The notes: generated by a model from the letters alone, not told the origin. DNA of 64,000 bases from Candidatus Altimarinota bacterium (GCA_024709505.1 JANJWP010000021.1:7989-71988), one strand, 5' to 3'. Counted from the stretch's first letter, positions 10,273 to 20,052 are shown. Program-made: numbers and translations.

Positions 10273-10931
10273 TGAAGATCCACTTCGTTTCGCTGTTTCC
10301 GGAAGTTTTCGACGGCTATTTCCGTGAAAGCATCGTCGGAAGGGCCATTCGGGAAAAACGCTTCGAACCCGTTTACCACAATCTCGCCGACTATTCCACG
10401 CGTCCTACGAGACGCGTGGACCGACGTCCTTACGGGGGACTTCCCGGAATGGTCATCGAACCGGAGCCTCTTGCGAAAGTACTCGAAAAAATCGACCGCG
10501 ACGCGGGGAAAACCCTCGAAAAATACCTTCTTACGCCGCGGGGAAAACGCTTCGACCAACCGACCGCCGAATCGCTGTCCCGCGCGGATTCCGAAATCGT
10601 GCTCGTATGCGGACACTACGAAGGAGTTGACGAACGGGTCATCCAATATTTTTGACTCCGGGGCATTTCGATTGGCGATTACGTCCTTTCCTCAGGGGAA
10701 CTTGCCGCCATGGTCGTTGCCGATGCCATCGTCCGTCTCCTTCCATGAGCCATCGCCGAAGAATCGCTTTTGGAAGAATCCTTTTCGGAATCTTTGGGAA
10801 GAAATACGGAATACCCCCAGTACACGAGACCGGAGGTTTGGCGGGAAATGGAGGTTCCTAAAGAACTCCTCTCGGGAAACCCGAAAACCGTGGAAGCTTG
10901 GAAAAATACCCATAAATCCCCCCCATGCTAG
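10272..10931 (+). CDS. trmD: tRNA (guanine37-N1)-methyltransferase
   Basis: Track ORF 10272..10655 extended through TGA at 10653 and 10746 to TAG 10929..10931. Motifs: [53 protein letters not shown][UGA], [16 protein letters not shown]. Confidence 0.9.
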
Positions 10932-11527
10932 AACTCCTGCCCGACTTTGGCACGATGCTGCCCGACGCCTACGAAAATCTCAAAACCCTTTTCGGAACCG
11001 ACTCCCCGCTCGACATGGCCATCCGGCTCGCGGGAGCGTATTTAGTCGCGATATGGCTCGCTTCGGTCATCTGGACCGTCCGCGACATTACTGATCGTAC
11101 CGGAAACGTCGTCATTCAAACGTTTTCGGTACTGCTCGTCGTGCTCTTCACTCCGATTCTCGGACTCCCGCTCTATCTGCTTATCCGACCCCGGACGACG
11201 TTGGCCGAAAAATACTACGAAGAGGCCGGGATCGCCGAATCGGAATACGTTTCGGTCTGCCCGAAGTGCGACGGCGAGGTGGGGGAAGATTTCCGCTTCT
11301 GTCCGCACTGTGGCGAAGAGCTTCTCGACGCGTGCGCCAATTGCGGCGCCCCCAAGGAAAAAGACTGGAAATTCTGCGCCGTATGCGGATCGGACGGAAA
11401 AACGAAAAAGGAATCCGAAGCGAAAGAGGAGAAGAAGCCCAAAAAGTCCGCGAGGAATGACGCGGACAAAAAAGCGGCTCCCGTCGTCGTATCGATCGAA
11501 GAGATTCCGGAGGCGGGAAAAAAATAG
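10925..11527 (+). CDS. Membrane protein with C-terminal double zinc ribbon
   Basis: Two TM helices (AYLVAIWLASVIW, VLLVVLFTPILGLPLYLLIRP), then CPKCDGEV..FCPHCG..CANCG..FCAVCG and a Lys/Glu-rich tail. The ATG overlaps the end of trmD. Confidence 0.7.
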   Translation: MLELLPDFGTMLPDAYENLKTLFGTDSPLDMAIRLAGAYLVAIWLASVIWTVRDITDRTGNVVIQTFSVLLVVLFTPILGLPLYLLIRPRTTLAEKYYEEAGIAESEYVSVCPKCDGEVGEDFRFCPHCGEELLDACANCGAPKEKDWKFCAVCGSDGKTKKESEAKEEKKPKKSARNDADKKAAPVVVSIEEIPEAGKK

Positions 11528-11538
11528 CCTCGTCACGC

Positions 11539-11570
11539 AAAAAAAACTCCCGGAATCTCCGGGAGTTTTT
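11539..11570. terminator. Bidirectional rho-independent terminator
   Basis: AAAAACTCCCGGA-atc-TCCGGGAGTTTTT, flanked by an A-run on one side and a T-run on the other. It lies between the convergent 10925..11527 (+) gene and the minus-strand operon. Confidence 0.7.
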
Positions 11571-11657
11571 CTACCCCTCCAAAAAGATGGATACGGTAGG
11601 GATAATGATCGAAGCGATAAGGAGCGCGACGACCACGAAAGCGAATACTTTGCGCAT
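11571..11657 (-). CDS. Possible 28-aa hydrophobic micro-protein
   Basis: ATG 11657, MRKVFAFVVVALLIASIIIPTVSIFLEG, TAG 11573..11571. It sits between the stop of the 886-aa gene and the terminator. There is no Shine-Dalgarno and it is too short to judge. Confidence 0.25.
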   Translation of the reverse strand: MRKVFAFVVVALLIASIIIPTVSIFLEG

Positions 11658-11669
11658 CGGAAAGAAGGA

Positions 11670-14330
11670 TTAATTTTCTGGAACGTCGTATTCGACGCCG
11701 TCTACGATAAGTTTACGCGAGGAGAGGTTGATTGCAACGGAAGACGGGATTTTCGATCCGACGATCGAATTCAACGTCGTAAAGAAGGCATGGAGGGAAT
11801 CCGTGCGTTTTTCGATTTCGGAAAGGGGGATGTTTCTCGGAAGAATTTGTATCGAAGCCCCTCCGTACTGGGGAGCGAACGTGGTGGAATCGAGGGATTT
11901 TACGCTCATCCGGTAGAAGGCGTGCTGTTCGAAGAGGTACTTTCCCGAAAACTCCAAAACGTAGGTCGGCCCCGAACCCACCACGGATTTTCGGATTCCC
12001 GACAAATTGATGTCCCAGGTCTTATCCGATATTTTCGCGTCGATGTTGGCAATGCTTATCGGAAAGCCTTTCACCACGTTTTTAAAGTCCTTCTGAATGA
12101 GGTTCTGCTCCACGAATACGAGCGTCGCAGGATCCATGGCCGGCCTTAAATCGCCATCGTCAGAAAGGGACGTCGATTCCGAAAACGCGAAGGCGGAACG
12201 ATCGCTGAGGTACGTATTGACGAAATAGTTGGAAAAAACGTAGACCTGATAGCGTGGATTATCGGGCGTCATATTGGATAAAAGCTTGGCGTATTCGGTT
12301 TTCTTTTCTTCGAGCTGGACCGTGGTATAGCGGAACGTTTCAACCAGCTCGCCCCCGTTGAAAAACGTCAGGTTGCGAATGAGGTACCCCTCCTGCGGAA
12401 GAAGTTCGAACCGAAAATTCCTTCCCGCAATCGGGACTTCGACTTCGTAAAATCCGGTTTCCTTAATGTCGTTTTTCAAACGGAGGAACGAGGCTTCAAC
12501 GCCGTTGAAAAAGGAGAAATATTCCCGGACTTCCTCCTCGTTCGGATACTCCGCGTCAAAAAGGATGCCGCTCGCCCGCCTGGAAGCGTCGTCAAGGGAT
12601 ATTTTCTGCAGGTACGCCGGATAATCCGTGAAAATGGAAAGCTGCTCTTTCAATCCCGACAATGCCTTGTCGAGAAGCGTGGAAGTATCGGAAACCCTTT
12701 TTTCCGGAGACTTCGAAAGAAACGACGCATACAACTGACGCTGCTTTTTGGCATAGGAAGTTTCAAACGATTTGACGAGGGACTCGAACGAATCGACGAA
12801 CCCGAGCGGAAGATCGGGATGTCCGGCATCATCGAGATATTCGGGTTTTACGTAAGCCGCACCTTCGCGTTGCTCAAGAAATTCGGAAGCGGTCGCTTTG
12901 CGGATGCGGTCGAATATCTTCGAATAGGTATAGTACAGGACCGTGAGGGTCGAGAAACGTTGGTCGTCTGACGCGAGGGTATCGTAGTATTCGCCCGAAA
13001 CGTTCACGAGCGAAAGCGTCAGATCGAGGGAGGTTTTATTTATGGAAAAGCCTTCTTGGGAAAGATATTCCTTAAGGAAGAACGAAAAGGGGAGAAACTC
13101 GCTTTTTCGTATGGCCTTGCCGGTGATGAGCGAATGGACGTACGCGTTGAGGTAGCGGCCGAGCTGTTCCGAAGTTTTTTCGCCGTAATAGCGGGCGGCG
13201 TGAATTTCGGAAAGGAGGGCGTAATCGCCGTATTCAACGCTGACCTCCGGGGTCGTCTTCGCGACCGCGGTAACGAACGCGTTCGCGGTTTTCGACTGGA
13301 AATACGCGTCCCCTCGGGAGAGTGGTTCGTAGTACGAGAGGTAGTAGGCCTGTCGTATCGCATGGGAGGCGAAGGATTTCAGCTCCGAATCCACCCCCTC
13401 CATTTCCGAAACGGTACGGGCGATGGCGGAAATCCCCGCGGAGGCATTTTTACACTGGTTGGAATCATCGCAATTTTCCGAAACGGCCAAGTTCCGGAGA
13501 TCGCGAAGGAGCCGCCCCTTCAATATGGCGGCCTTCTTTTCGGCGTTTACGAAATACCAGCCGAATTCTTCGGAGAAATCGGACTTCGCGATGCGCTCGG
13601 AGAGCCGAAAGGTTTCGGCGTAGGTTTTGGAAAACAGCGCGGCCTGCGATTTTTCGAAAGCGAGGTTCTTTTGAAAAAATTCGAGGGCGGAGGAATCCTT
13701 TCCCAACACGACGTCGCCCCCCTTCGGATCCCTTAGGTCCACGTAACGGATGGTGTTAATCGTGGAAATGCGGAGGATGTCAGCATTTTTCAATTCGGTA
13801 TTGTACGACGGGACATACCCGAAATAGGTCGAAGGGAAGATGTGGGCGGTCGTTACCGTTTCGTTTTTCGAAAGAAGATCGACCGTCAACAGCGCCGAAA
13901 CGGAAAAGATTTTTGGAGATTTCGAATTCCGCGTATCCACGTAAAAATTTCCGTGCCCGAGGGTTTTAATGCGAAAGTCGGGATGTTCCACCGAAAAGCT
14001 TTGAAAGATATCGCCGAAGCGAAAAAAATACAGTCCGTCCCCGATGGAAACGGTCTGTCCGACGATTTCGGGAGCAGCGCCCGAAAACGATACGCCCGCA
14101 ATGGGGGAAACGCGCAAATATCCCTCGCTCAGTCCCGCGGCATCGGCTTGGCCTTGTTCCGCCTTGGAAATCGATCCGGAAGAAAACGGAGCGTACCAAA
14201 CTCCCGAGGAAAGATCCGTTCCGGCATCGGGAACCCGGAGCGCCGAATCATCGGAGGCGTGAAAAAGGGAGAAATAGGAAAGGAGTCCCGAGAAACCGAG
14301 GACGGCGGAAACGAAAAGGATGCGACTCAT
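11670..14330 (-). CDS. Large (886 aa) secreted or membrane-anchored hypothetical protein
   Basis: Track ORF 11670..14408 trimmed to MSRILFVSAVLGFSGLLSYFSLFHA (signal or anchor). It is uninterrupted with no TGA. No family recognised. Confidence 0.7.
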   Translation of the reverse strand: MSRILFVSAVLGFSGLLSYFSLFHASDDSALRVPDAGTDLSSGVWYAPFSSGSISKAEQGQADAAGLSEGYLRVSPIAGVSFSGAAPEIVGQTVSIGDGLYFFRFGDIFQSFSVEHPDFRIKTLGHGNFYVDTRNSKSPKIFSVSALLTVDLLSKNETVTTAHIFPSTYFGYVPSYNTELKNADILRISTINTIRYVDLRDPKGGDVVLGKDSSALEFFQKNLAFEKSQAALFSKTYAETFRLSERIAKSDFSEEFGWYFVNAEKKAAILKGRLLRDLRNLAVSENCDDSNQCKNASAGISAIARTVSEMEGVDSELKSFASHAIRQAYYLSYYEPLSRGDAYFQSKTANAFVTAVAKTTPEVSVEYGDYALLSEIHAARYYGEKTSEQLGRYLNAYVHSLITGKAIRKSEFLPFSFFLKEYLSQEGFSINKTSLDLTLSLVNVSGEYYDTLASDDQRFSTLTVLYYTYSKIFDRIRKATASEFLEQREGAAYVKPEYLDDAGHPDLPLGFVDSFESLVKSFETSYAKKQRQLYASFLSKSPEKRVSDTSTLLDKALSGLKEQLSIFTDYPAYLQKISLDDASRRASGILFDAEYPNEEEVREYFSFFNGVEASFLRLKNDIKETGFYEVEVPIAGRNFRFELLPQEGYLIRNLTFFNGGELVETFRYTTVQLEEKKTEYAKLLSNMTPDNPRYQVYVFSNYFVNTYLSDRSAFAFSESTSLSDDGDLRPAMDPATLVFVEQNLIQKDFKNVVKGFPISIANIDAKISDKTWDINLSGIRKSVVGSGPTYVLEFSGKYLFEQHAFYRMSVKSLDSTTFAPQYGGASIQILPRNIPLSEIEKRTDSLHAFFTTLNSIVGSKIPSSVAINLSSRKLIVDGVEYDVPEN

Positions 14331-14395
14331 TCGGGCTGGAAATCCGGAAAGTACCGCGTCGCAGTATACCCTTTTGCCACCCCCTTCACAAGTCC

Positions 14396-15490
14396 TTACC
14401 ACTTGCAATCCCGAAAGAGCGTGGTTTCGTAAGTTCTCACCGCTTTTTCGGAAGCGAAAACGGCCCCAATTTCACGATTCCGGTCAAGGGAATTCTCAGT
14501 AAAATTCGCGCTTCCGATCATGACTTCCGATCCATCCACCCAGACGGTTTTTGCGTGCAATTGAGCCCGGGAAGACCTGATGGCCGAGACTTTCGAAGAA
14601 AACACCGACAAATCGCGCTCGGAAGCGTCTTTTGGGAGACAAACCCGAACGGTTTTCCCTCCGTCGGCCAATGAATTGAGGGTCGAGACGAATTCCGAAT
14701 CCGAAACCGAAGGCGCGAAGACGACGACGGATTTTTCCGCGCGCCGCACGAACGAAAGAATTTTCCGCCTCGCGTCGGCGGGGGCCAGATAAAACCGCGG
14801 CGGTACCGGCGAAACGAACGGGGAACCCCGGAAATCGCTTTCGAATACCGACCGAAGGAATCCGGCGGATTCGGGATCATGGCCAAACACGAAAAATTCC
14901 CGATTCTTGGAAAACGTGGATTTCGTATGGTTTCCCGTGGAAAATACGTAATCCTTTCCGTCCGCCACGACGTATTTGGCATGGGTATAAGCAAAATCGT
15001 CGCGACTCGAAAACACCGAAACCCCCGAGGAAAGAAGCCTGTCCCGAGCAGCCCGGTTGGAACCGGGAAGCCTGTAGGGATCCTTTTCGAGAATGACCCG
15101 AACGTCCACTCCCCGCTTTTTCGCGGAAACGAGGGCGTCCACGACGGACGGAGCGGTAAGCAGGTAAACGTTTACGAAAAGTTCGCGCTCGGCTTCCTGA
15201 AAAAGCGACAGGAGGCGCGCTTCGATTCTTGGATCGGGACCCGCGATGATTTCTTCGGACTTTTCGGCATCAAGGTTGGCAACAAATCCACCCGAATCAG
15301 CCAGAAAGCCGGAAAGGGGGGTTTGCGGAATTTCGGAAGTCGGAAAATCCGTCTCGTACAAAACCGCCTGACGATGGGAAAAATACTCCCCCGTCCAAGC
15401 AACCGAGAATAAAACGATCGAGACGAGGATCGCGGAAAAAGCCGGCAAAGCGCGGCGGACAATGATGGCGACGTCGCGGTTTTGAAGCAT
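14396..15490 (-). CDS. Phospholipase D / cardiolipin-synthase-like family protein, membrane anchored
   Basis: Two HKD motifs (HAKYVVADGKDYVFSTGNHT; HAKTVWVDGSEVMIGSANFTENSLDRNRE). TM anchor: ALPAFSAILVSIVLFSVAW. Start trimmed to MLQNRD (ATG 15490). Confidence 0.8.
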   Translation of the reverse strand: MLQNRDVAIIVRRALPAFSAILVSIVLFSVAWTGEYFSHRQAVLYETDFPTSEIPQTPLSGFLADSGGFVANLDAEKSEEIIAGPDPRIEARLLSLFQEAERELFVNVYLLTAPSVVDALVSAKKRGVDVRVILEKDPYRLPGSNRAARDRLLSSGVSVFSSRDDFAYTHAKYVVADGKDYVFSTGNHTKSTFSKNREFFVFGHDPESAGFLRSVFESDFRGSPFVSPVPPRFYLAPADARRKILSFVRRAEKSVVVFAPSVSDSEFVSTLNSLADGGKTVRVCLPKDASERDLSVFSSKVSAIRSSRAQLHAKTVWVDGSEVMIGSANFTENSLDRNREIGAVFASEKAVRTYETTLFRDCKW

Positions 15491-15491
15491 G

Positions 15492-15779
15492 TTAGCGAAT
15501 TCGAAGCGTAACGATTCCCCCCTTGCCAAACCGAGAGAGGATTTCCGCAAACGCCGACCGTATTTTTCCCGACCGGAGCTTAAGCGCGCTCGCCACCAAA
15601 GGTCAGGAGGTTTTGATAACGATTTTTCCGTCGGACTCGCAGATCGAATCCACTCCTGCGAAAAGTGCCGCCTCCCCTTCCTCCTCAAGCACTTTCCGGA
15701 GGGTCGAGGAAAGGAGCGCGGAAACCGCGGCCGGCTTGGAAAGCACCGGAGAAAAATTCACGTTCCTTACGAAGGCCAT
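15492..15779 (-). CDS. Small protein, possibly DUF721/DciA-like (95 aa)
   Basis: MAFVRNVNFSPVLSKPAAVSALLSSTLRKVLEEEGEAALFAGVDSICESDGKIVIKTS[UGA]PLVASALKLRSGKIRSAFAEILSRFGKGGIVTLRIR. The in-frame TGA is at 15605..15603 and the TAA at 15494..15492, 1 nt before the PLD ATG. The family call rests only on general layout. Confidence 0.4.
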
Positions 15780-16450
15780 GTTCGGTAGGTAAAAAAGCGG
15801 TGGATTCCCCGAGGATCGGCGAAAGTTCGGATTTCGCGACCGAAACGAAGGGCGGCTGCGGAAATTTGCGCGTGATGGTCGTCCCCCACTTCGCAAATCA
15901 CCGAAGCGGCGACGTTCGGATGGGTTCGGACGAAGCCCTCAAATTGCTCGAGAAATCTTTCGGTCAATTCAAAGCCGGTTCCTTCTCCTCCGTAGAGGGC
16001 AACGGGGGGTTCGAACGCCGTATCTTCGGAAAGGTTCTCATCCCCGTTTCGAACATAGGGGAGGTTGGCGACGAAAAGGATGTTTTTGCGTTTTCCAACC
16101 CAATCCGGCAACCCGGAAAGGAGATCGGACAAAGCGAATTCGACTTCCACGCCATTTCGTGCAGCATTTTCCCGGGCGAGGGAAAGAGCCGGTTCCGAAA
16201 CGTCAATCCCGAGCGTTTTTGCCCGGGGAAAATTCTTCGCGAGGGAAACCGCGATTACCCCGGAACCGGTTCCAACGTCTACCACGGCATCGAAACCGTC
16301 TTCCCGAAGCTGGCGCAAAGCCTCGCGGACGAGGCTTTCGGTTTCGAACCGCGGAACGAGTGCCCGCTCATCGGAACGGAACGGAAGGAGAAAAAATTCC
16401 ACGCTTCCGGTACGGTAGGCATGGGGACGAAAATCTTCCCCGTTAGGCAT
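15767..16450 (-). CDS. prmC: Release-factor glutamine methyltransferase (short form)
   Basis: LVPRFETESLV, SAM-binding motif VVDVGTGSGVIAVSLA, NPPY-type motif FVANLPYV, FEPPVALYGGEGTG. ATG 16450 overlaps the upstream gene's TAA (ATGCCTAA). Confidence 0.8.
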   Translation of the reverse strand: MPNGEDFRPHAYRTGSVEFFLLPFRSDERALVPRFETESLVREALRQLREDGFDAVVDVGTGSGVIAVSLAKNFPRAKTLGIDVSEPALSLARENAARNGVEVEFALSDLLSGLPDWVGKRKNILFVANLPYVRNGDENLSEDTAFEPPVALYGGEGTGFELTERFLEQFEGFVRTHPNVAASVICEVGDDHHAQISAAALRFGREIRTFADPRGIHRFFTYRTWPS

Positions 16451-17210
16451 TTTCAAAATTTTTAAGCGAGAATACCGCCATCGCGAAAACCAGCACGAGC
16501 GCGAGATACAAAAGCGCGTGGATCATCGATACGACCAAGACCGAATCCGGAAGGACGACGGTCGTCGCAATGACGTTTTTCGGATACGAAAGGGCTTCGA
16601 AATTGGGAAGGATGACCGAAAGTCCTTTCGAAAACCAAAGGAGGCCAGCGCTCGCGGTTTTTTCGGCCATGTCGGCAACGGCGTTGGCAGAATGGCTCGC
16701 CACGAACACTCCGAGCGAAAATAGAATGGAGAGCATCGGGGCGGCGAACGTGGTAAAGAAAAGCACGACGGCGAACGTCACGAGCAACTTGAGATAGGAA
16801 AAAAGGGCCGCGAAGAAAAACAGTTTTCCCAGCGAAAACCCCTCGTAAACGAGAAGCCCCGAAAGAACGAGGGTTTCAGCGAAGTAAATGACGGCGAGCA
16901 CGAGCGCGAAGCCGAAAAATTTTCCAAGCACGAAATGGTACCGGGAAATGGGTTTTGAGAGAATGAGGTAGATCGTGCGCCCTTCGATTTCGCGGGCGAG
17001 CATTTGCCCCCCGACGAAAACGACCGCTACGAGCCCGGATATTTCGATCATGGCGAGACCGAAATCCAGCACGATGCGCTCGACTTGTCCGAGCGAAAGG
17101 GAGGCAAGCACGACCGAGAACAGAATGGTAAGCACCGAGAAAAAAAGAATCAGGGCCAGGAGTCGGCTCCGAACGAGTTCGCGGAAAGTGTTGAGGGCAA
17201 TGTTGAACAT
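16443..17210 (-). CDS. ABC-2-type transporter permease
   Basis: Six hydrophobic helices. The N-terminus MFNIALNTFRELVRSRLL is typical of ABC-2/NosY-like permeases. The start was moved from the track's 17288 to ATG 17210 because fmt reads through TGA and ends at 17216. Confidence 0.65.
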   Translation of the reverse strand: MFNIALNTFRELVRSRLLALILFFSVLTILFSVVLASLSLGQVERIVLDFGLAMIEISGLVAVVFVGGQMLAREIEGRTIYLILSKPISRYHFVLGKFFGFALVLAVIYFAETLVLSGLLVYEGFSLGKLFFFAALFSYLKLLVTFAVVLFFTTFAAPMLSILFSLGVFVASHSANAVADMAEKTASAGLLWFSKGLSVILPNFEALSYPKNVIATTVVLPDSVLVVSMIHALLYLALVLVFAMAVFSLKNFENA

Positions 17211-17215
17211 GGCGT

Positions 17216-18157
17216 TTACGATAAGATGCATCCAGAAAACCGGGGATATCCGCGGACGAAATCCGCTCCGGACACGGATTTCTTTCATTCTAGTTTCACG
17301 ACCCGCAAAATCAAGCCGCCCTCGGGAGTGCGAATGACCGGAAATCCCAAGCTGGAAAGGAACACTTCACCAATTCAGATTTTTGGACATTCATCCTCCG
17401 GAAGGACCTCGCATTCTTCAATGGAAAGCTTTTTTCCCTCAAAAAACGCATGGAGTCACGGCCAAGGAAAATACGCCCGGTAACGGTTAAAAAGGATTTC
17501 GGCCGGAACGTCCGGCTGAAATCGGGCGTCTTCTTTGGTGATTTTTCGGCAATAGGTCGCGAGGGAGGCATCCTGAGGAACGGGATGAACGAGTCCCGAG
17601 GCATGTTTCCGTAACGTTTGTATGAGAAAATTTCCGGAAACCGAAGAAAATTTCCGGAAAAGCGAGGCCGAAGTATCCGAACGCTCGATCGGAATCGGAA
17701 GGACGTCGAGCATGTCGCCCTCGTCCATCCCCTCGCTCATGGCCATGACGGTGACTCCGGTTTCGGTTTCGCCCTCGAGCAGAGCGCTTTGGATGGGCGA
17801 TGCTCCGCGATATTTCGGGAGCAGGCTTCCGTGAACGTTTACGCAGAGGCGTCCGGGCATCGAAAGAATCTCCCGGGGGAGAATCTTTCCATACGCCACG
17901 ACCACGAAATAATCAACCGGGAACGCGCCTATTTGCCGAAGAAATTCGTCGTTCCCACGAACGCGTTCGGGAGCGAATACGGGAATTCCGGCGGCAAGGG
18001 CCGTTTCTTTTACGGGAGTCGGTCGAAGCAGGCCCGAACGCCCGACGGGAGCGTCAGGATTGGTAACGGCAAAAGCGACCCGGATTCCCGAGTCCGATAC
18101 CAGATCCCCCAAAACGCTCGCGGCGAGGGCCGGAGTACCGAAAAAGCCGATGTCCAT
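17216..18157 (-). CDS. fmt: Methionyl-tRNA formyltransferase
   Basis: Track ORF 17456..18157 extended through TGA at 17458..17456, 17377..17375 and 17287..17285 to TAA 17218..17216. Motifs: FFGTP, NVHGSLLPKYRGASPIQ, PWP[UGA], and C-terminal LILRVVKLE[UGA]KKSVSGADFVRG (compare E. coli LQPAGKKAMSAQDLL). Confidence 0.9.
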
Positions 18158-18858
18158 TATTTGCGGATTTCTACTAAATATTCTTTGGCTCCGCGGGAAA
18201 ACGTGAGAAGCGCCGCTTCGACCGGAACGCCGTCGGCCAAGAGGGTTTTTGAGTCCGAAACGCTTTCCACCACGAGGGACGAACGCTCGGCTCCCGATAC
18301 TGAAACCGAACGCAACACGAGCCTGGATTCCTCTGGGGCCAGAACGCTTTCGCGATCGAAGTGCACGAACGCGATTCGGTTTTCCGGCTCGGAGTCGAAA
18401 AAAAACGCCGCAGAATATTCGTCCTTTTTTCCCGTCGCAAAAGAAAACGGGACGGTGGCCGACGCTCCCGAAAGCGATACCGTCCCCACGATCTTATGGT
18501 CTTCGGCGAGACGGATCGCCCATGGTCCCGAATACGGAGCCGAGACCCGGAATTGCCCGGAAGCGGAAGACCAATCGTAAGAAAGGACGCTCCCGGATGC
18601 CGTCGCCGAATGCGCGTCGGAGATGGAAACGTAGCCTATCGAACCGGAAAGGAATTCGGCCCGATACGAGGAGACCGAACGGTCTCGGACCGCCCGGTCG
18701 AGGGATGAAAGTTCCGAAACGATCTTCGTCCGCAAGGATTCCGTCACCGCCCTTTCCGAAAAAATGCGCACGGACATCGCCACCATTCCCGACAAGACCG
18801 CCACGATCGTGGCGGCGACGGCAATCTCAGCAATGGTAAAACCCTTTTTGGAGCGCAT
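18157..18858 (-). CDS. Type IV pilin-like protein (prepilin-type N-terminal domain)
   Basis: MRSKKG/FTIAEIAVAATIVAVLSGMV is a class III signal with Glu at +5. 233 aa, no TGA. The TAA overlaps the fmt ATG by 1 nt. Confidence 0.7.
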   Translation of the reverse strand: MRSKKGFTIAEIAVAATIVAVLSGMVAMSVRIFSERAVTESLRTKIVSELSSLDRAVRDRSVSSYRAEFLSGSIGYVSISDAHSATASGSVLSYDWSSASGQFRVSAPYSGPWAIRLAEDHKIVGTVSLSGASATVPFSFATGKKDEYSAAFFFDSEPENRIAFVHFDRESVLAPEESRLVLRSVSVSGAERSSLVVESVSDSKTLLADGVPVEAALLTFSRGAKEYLVEIRK

Positions 18859-18859
18859 G

Positions 18860-20044
18860 CTATTTCTTCAGTGAAAGGATCTTCGTCACGAACAACACGA
18901 CCGCTACGAGGATACCGAAAAGGATGATTTTTCCAACGCGGTCCAAAAACACTGCCGCGACGCCGAAAAGGAACGAAATCGAATACACGAACTTCCGGAT
19001 GAACGATTCGGACATTCAAAGATTCAACAGACGGTAGTGGAGGTGGTGTATCCGATCCCCCTTGAGCGGGCTTTTTCCGTTATATATTCGTGCGGCGATG
19101 ACGTAGAAAGCGTCGATAAGGTACACTCAAAGGACCGTGGCGACCGTGGCGACCTTTCCTCAAACGAGTATCGCGAGCGAGGCGATGAGAAAGCTCGCGA
19201 ACATGGTTCCGGTTTCCCCCATGAGAACCCTGGGGGCAAGATTGTAGTACCAGGCAAATATCGCGGTGGGAAGAACGACGGCAAGAATGGAGAGAACGAA
19301 AACCGAGTTTTCGCGAAGGGCCGGAGTGGCGTCGGCAAAATAGAATTTCACCGTGGAAATGGCGATGACCAAAAGGGCGATGACCACAAGTCAGGAGGTC
19401 AATCACGGTACGCCGTCGGACCAGTTGATCGAATTGAACACGAGCACGTACCAAACGACGGTGAACAGGAGCGGAACGAGATAGACCCGGAAGTCGCCGA
19501 AAACCGCGTAGTATTGGGTCAGATCGACAACCCCGCCGAAGATTCCGGAAACGTAGCCGATCTTAATGCTCGTGATCCCCACCACCGCCCCGACGAAAAT
19601 CTGGAGGGCGAGCCGGACTTTTGCCGGAACGGCGAACGGGGTCTTCCGGGCGTGCCCTTGGAGTTCTTCGGAAGTCTTCTTGATGCCGACCTTCTCGTCG
19701 CGGTCGAATTTGTAGATCGTATCAAGATCGTCCAGAAAGCTCACCGCCGAAACGAGTGCCCCAAGAAGGAGCAGAACGAAGAGCTTTTCCCGCATGGTTT
19801 CGGGAACCACCGGCACTAAAAGAAGGGCGAAAAGGGCGAAATTGGCGAAAAACGCGATTCCGACGCCGAAGGGAACCGGAGCCCTCTTGTGCCCGTAGGG
19901 GGCGGGGTTGTCCAAAAGGCCGAATTTGGGAAAGTATCGGAGCACGGCCCGAAAAATGGCGAAAGAAGTGACGGAAGACGCGAGAGCGAGGGCGACGATG
20001 GCGGAGGCCGACGGAAAATGAAAAAAAAGGGCGATGGTATCCAT
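18860..20044 (-). CDS. WecA/TagO-type polyprenyl-phosphate N-acetylhexosamine-1-phosphate transferase (glycosyltransferase family 4)
   Basis: Track ORFs 19403..20095 and 19160..19387 plus unlisted pieces, all in one frame. Five in-frame TGA at 19405, 19393, 19162, 19129 and 19018 (upper coordinates). Motifs: NSINWSDGVP[UGA]LTS[UGA], MGETGTMFASF, GDRIHHLHYRLLNL[UGA]. Start trimmed to MDTIALFF (ATG 20044). Confidence 0.85.
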
Positions 20045-20052
20045 GGGGGAAA

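Noticed and set aside
16443-17288. The track's start (ATG 17288) for the ABC-2 permease.
   Set aside because: The first 26 codons overlap the conserved C-terminal extension of fmt that appears under table 25. ATG 17210 gives a typical permease N-terminus 5 nt after the fmt stop.
18860-19015. 51-aa two-TM ORF (MSESFIRKFVYSISFLFGVAAV...) as an independent small membrane protein.
   Set aside because: It is in frame with, and directly continuous through TGA 19018..19016 with, the GT4 gene. The junction reconstitutes the family motif DRIHHLHYRLLNL[G]MS, so it is the C-terminus of the GT4.
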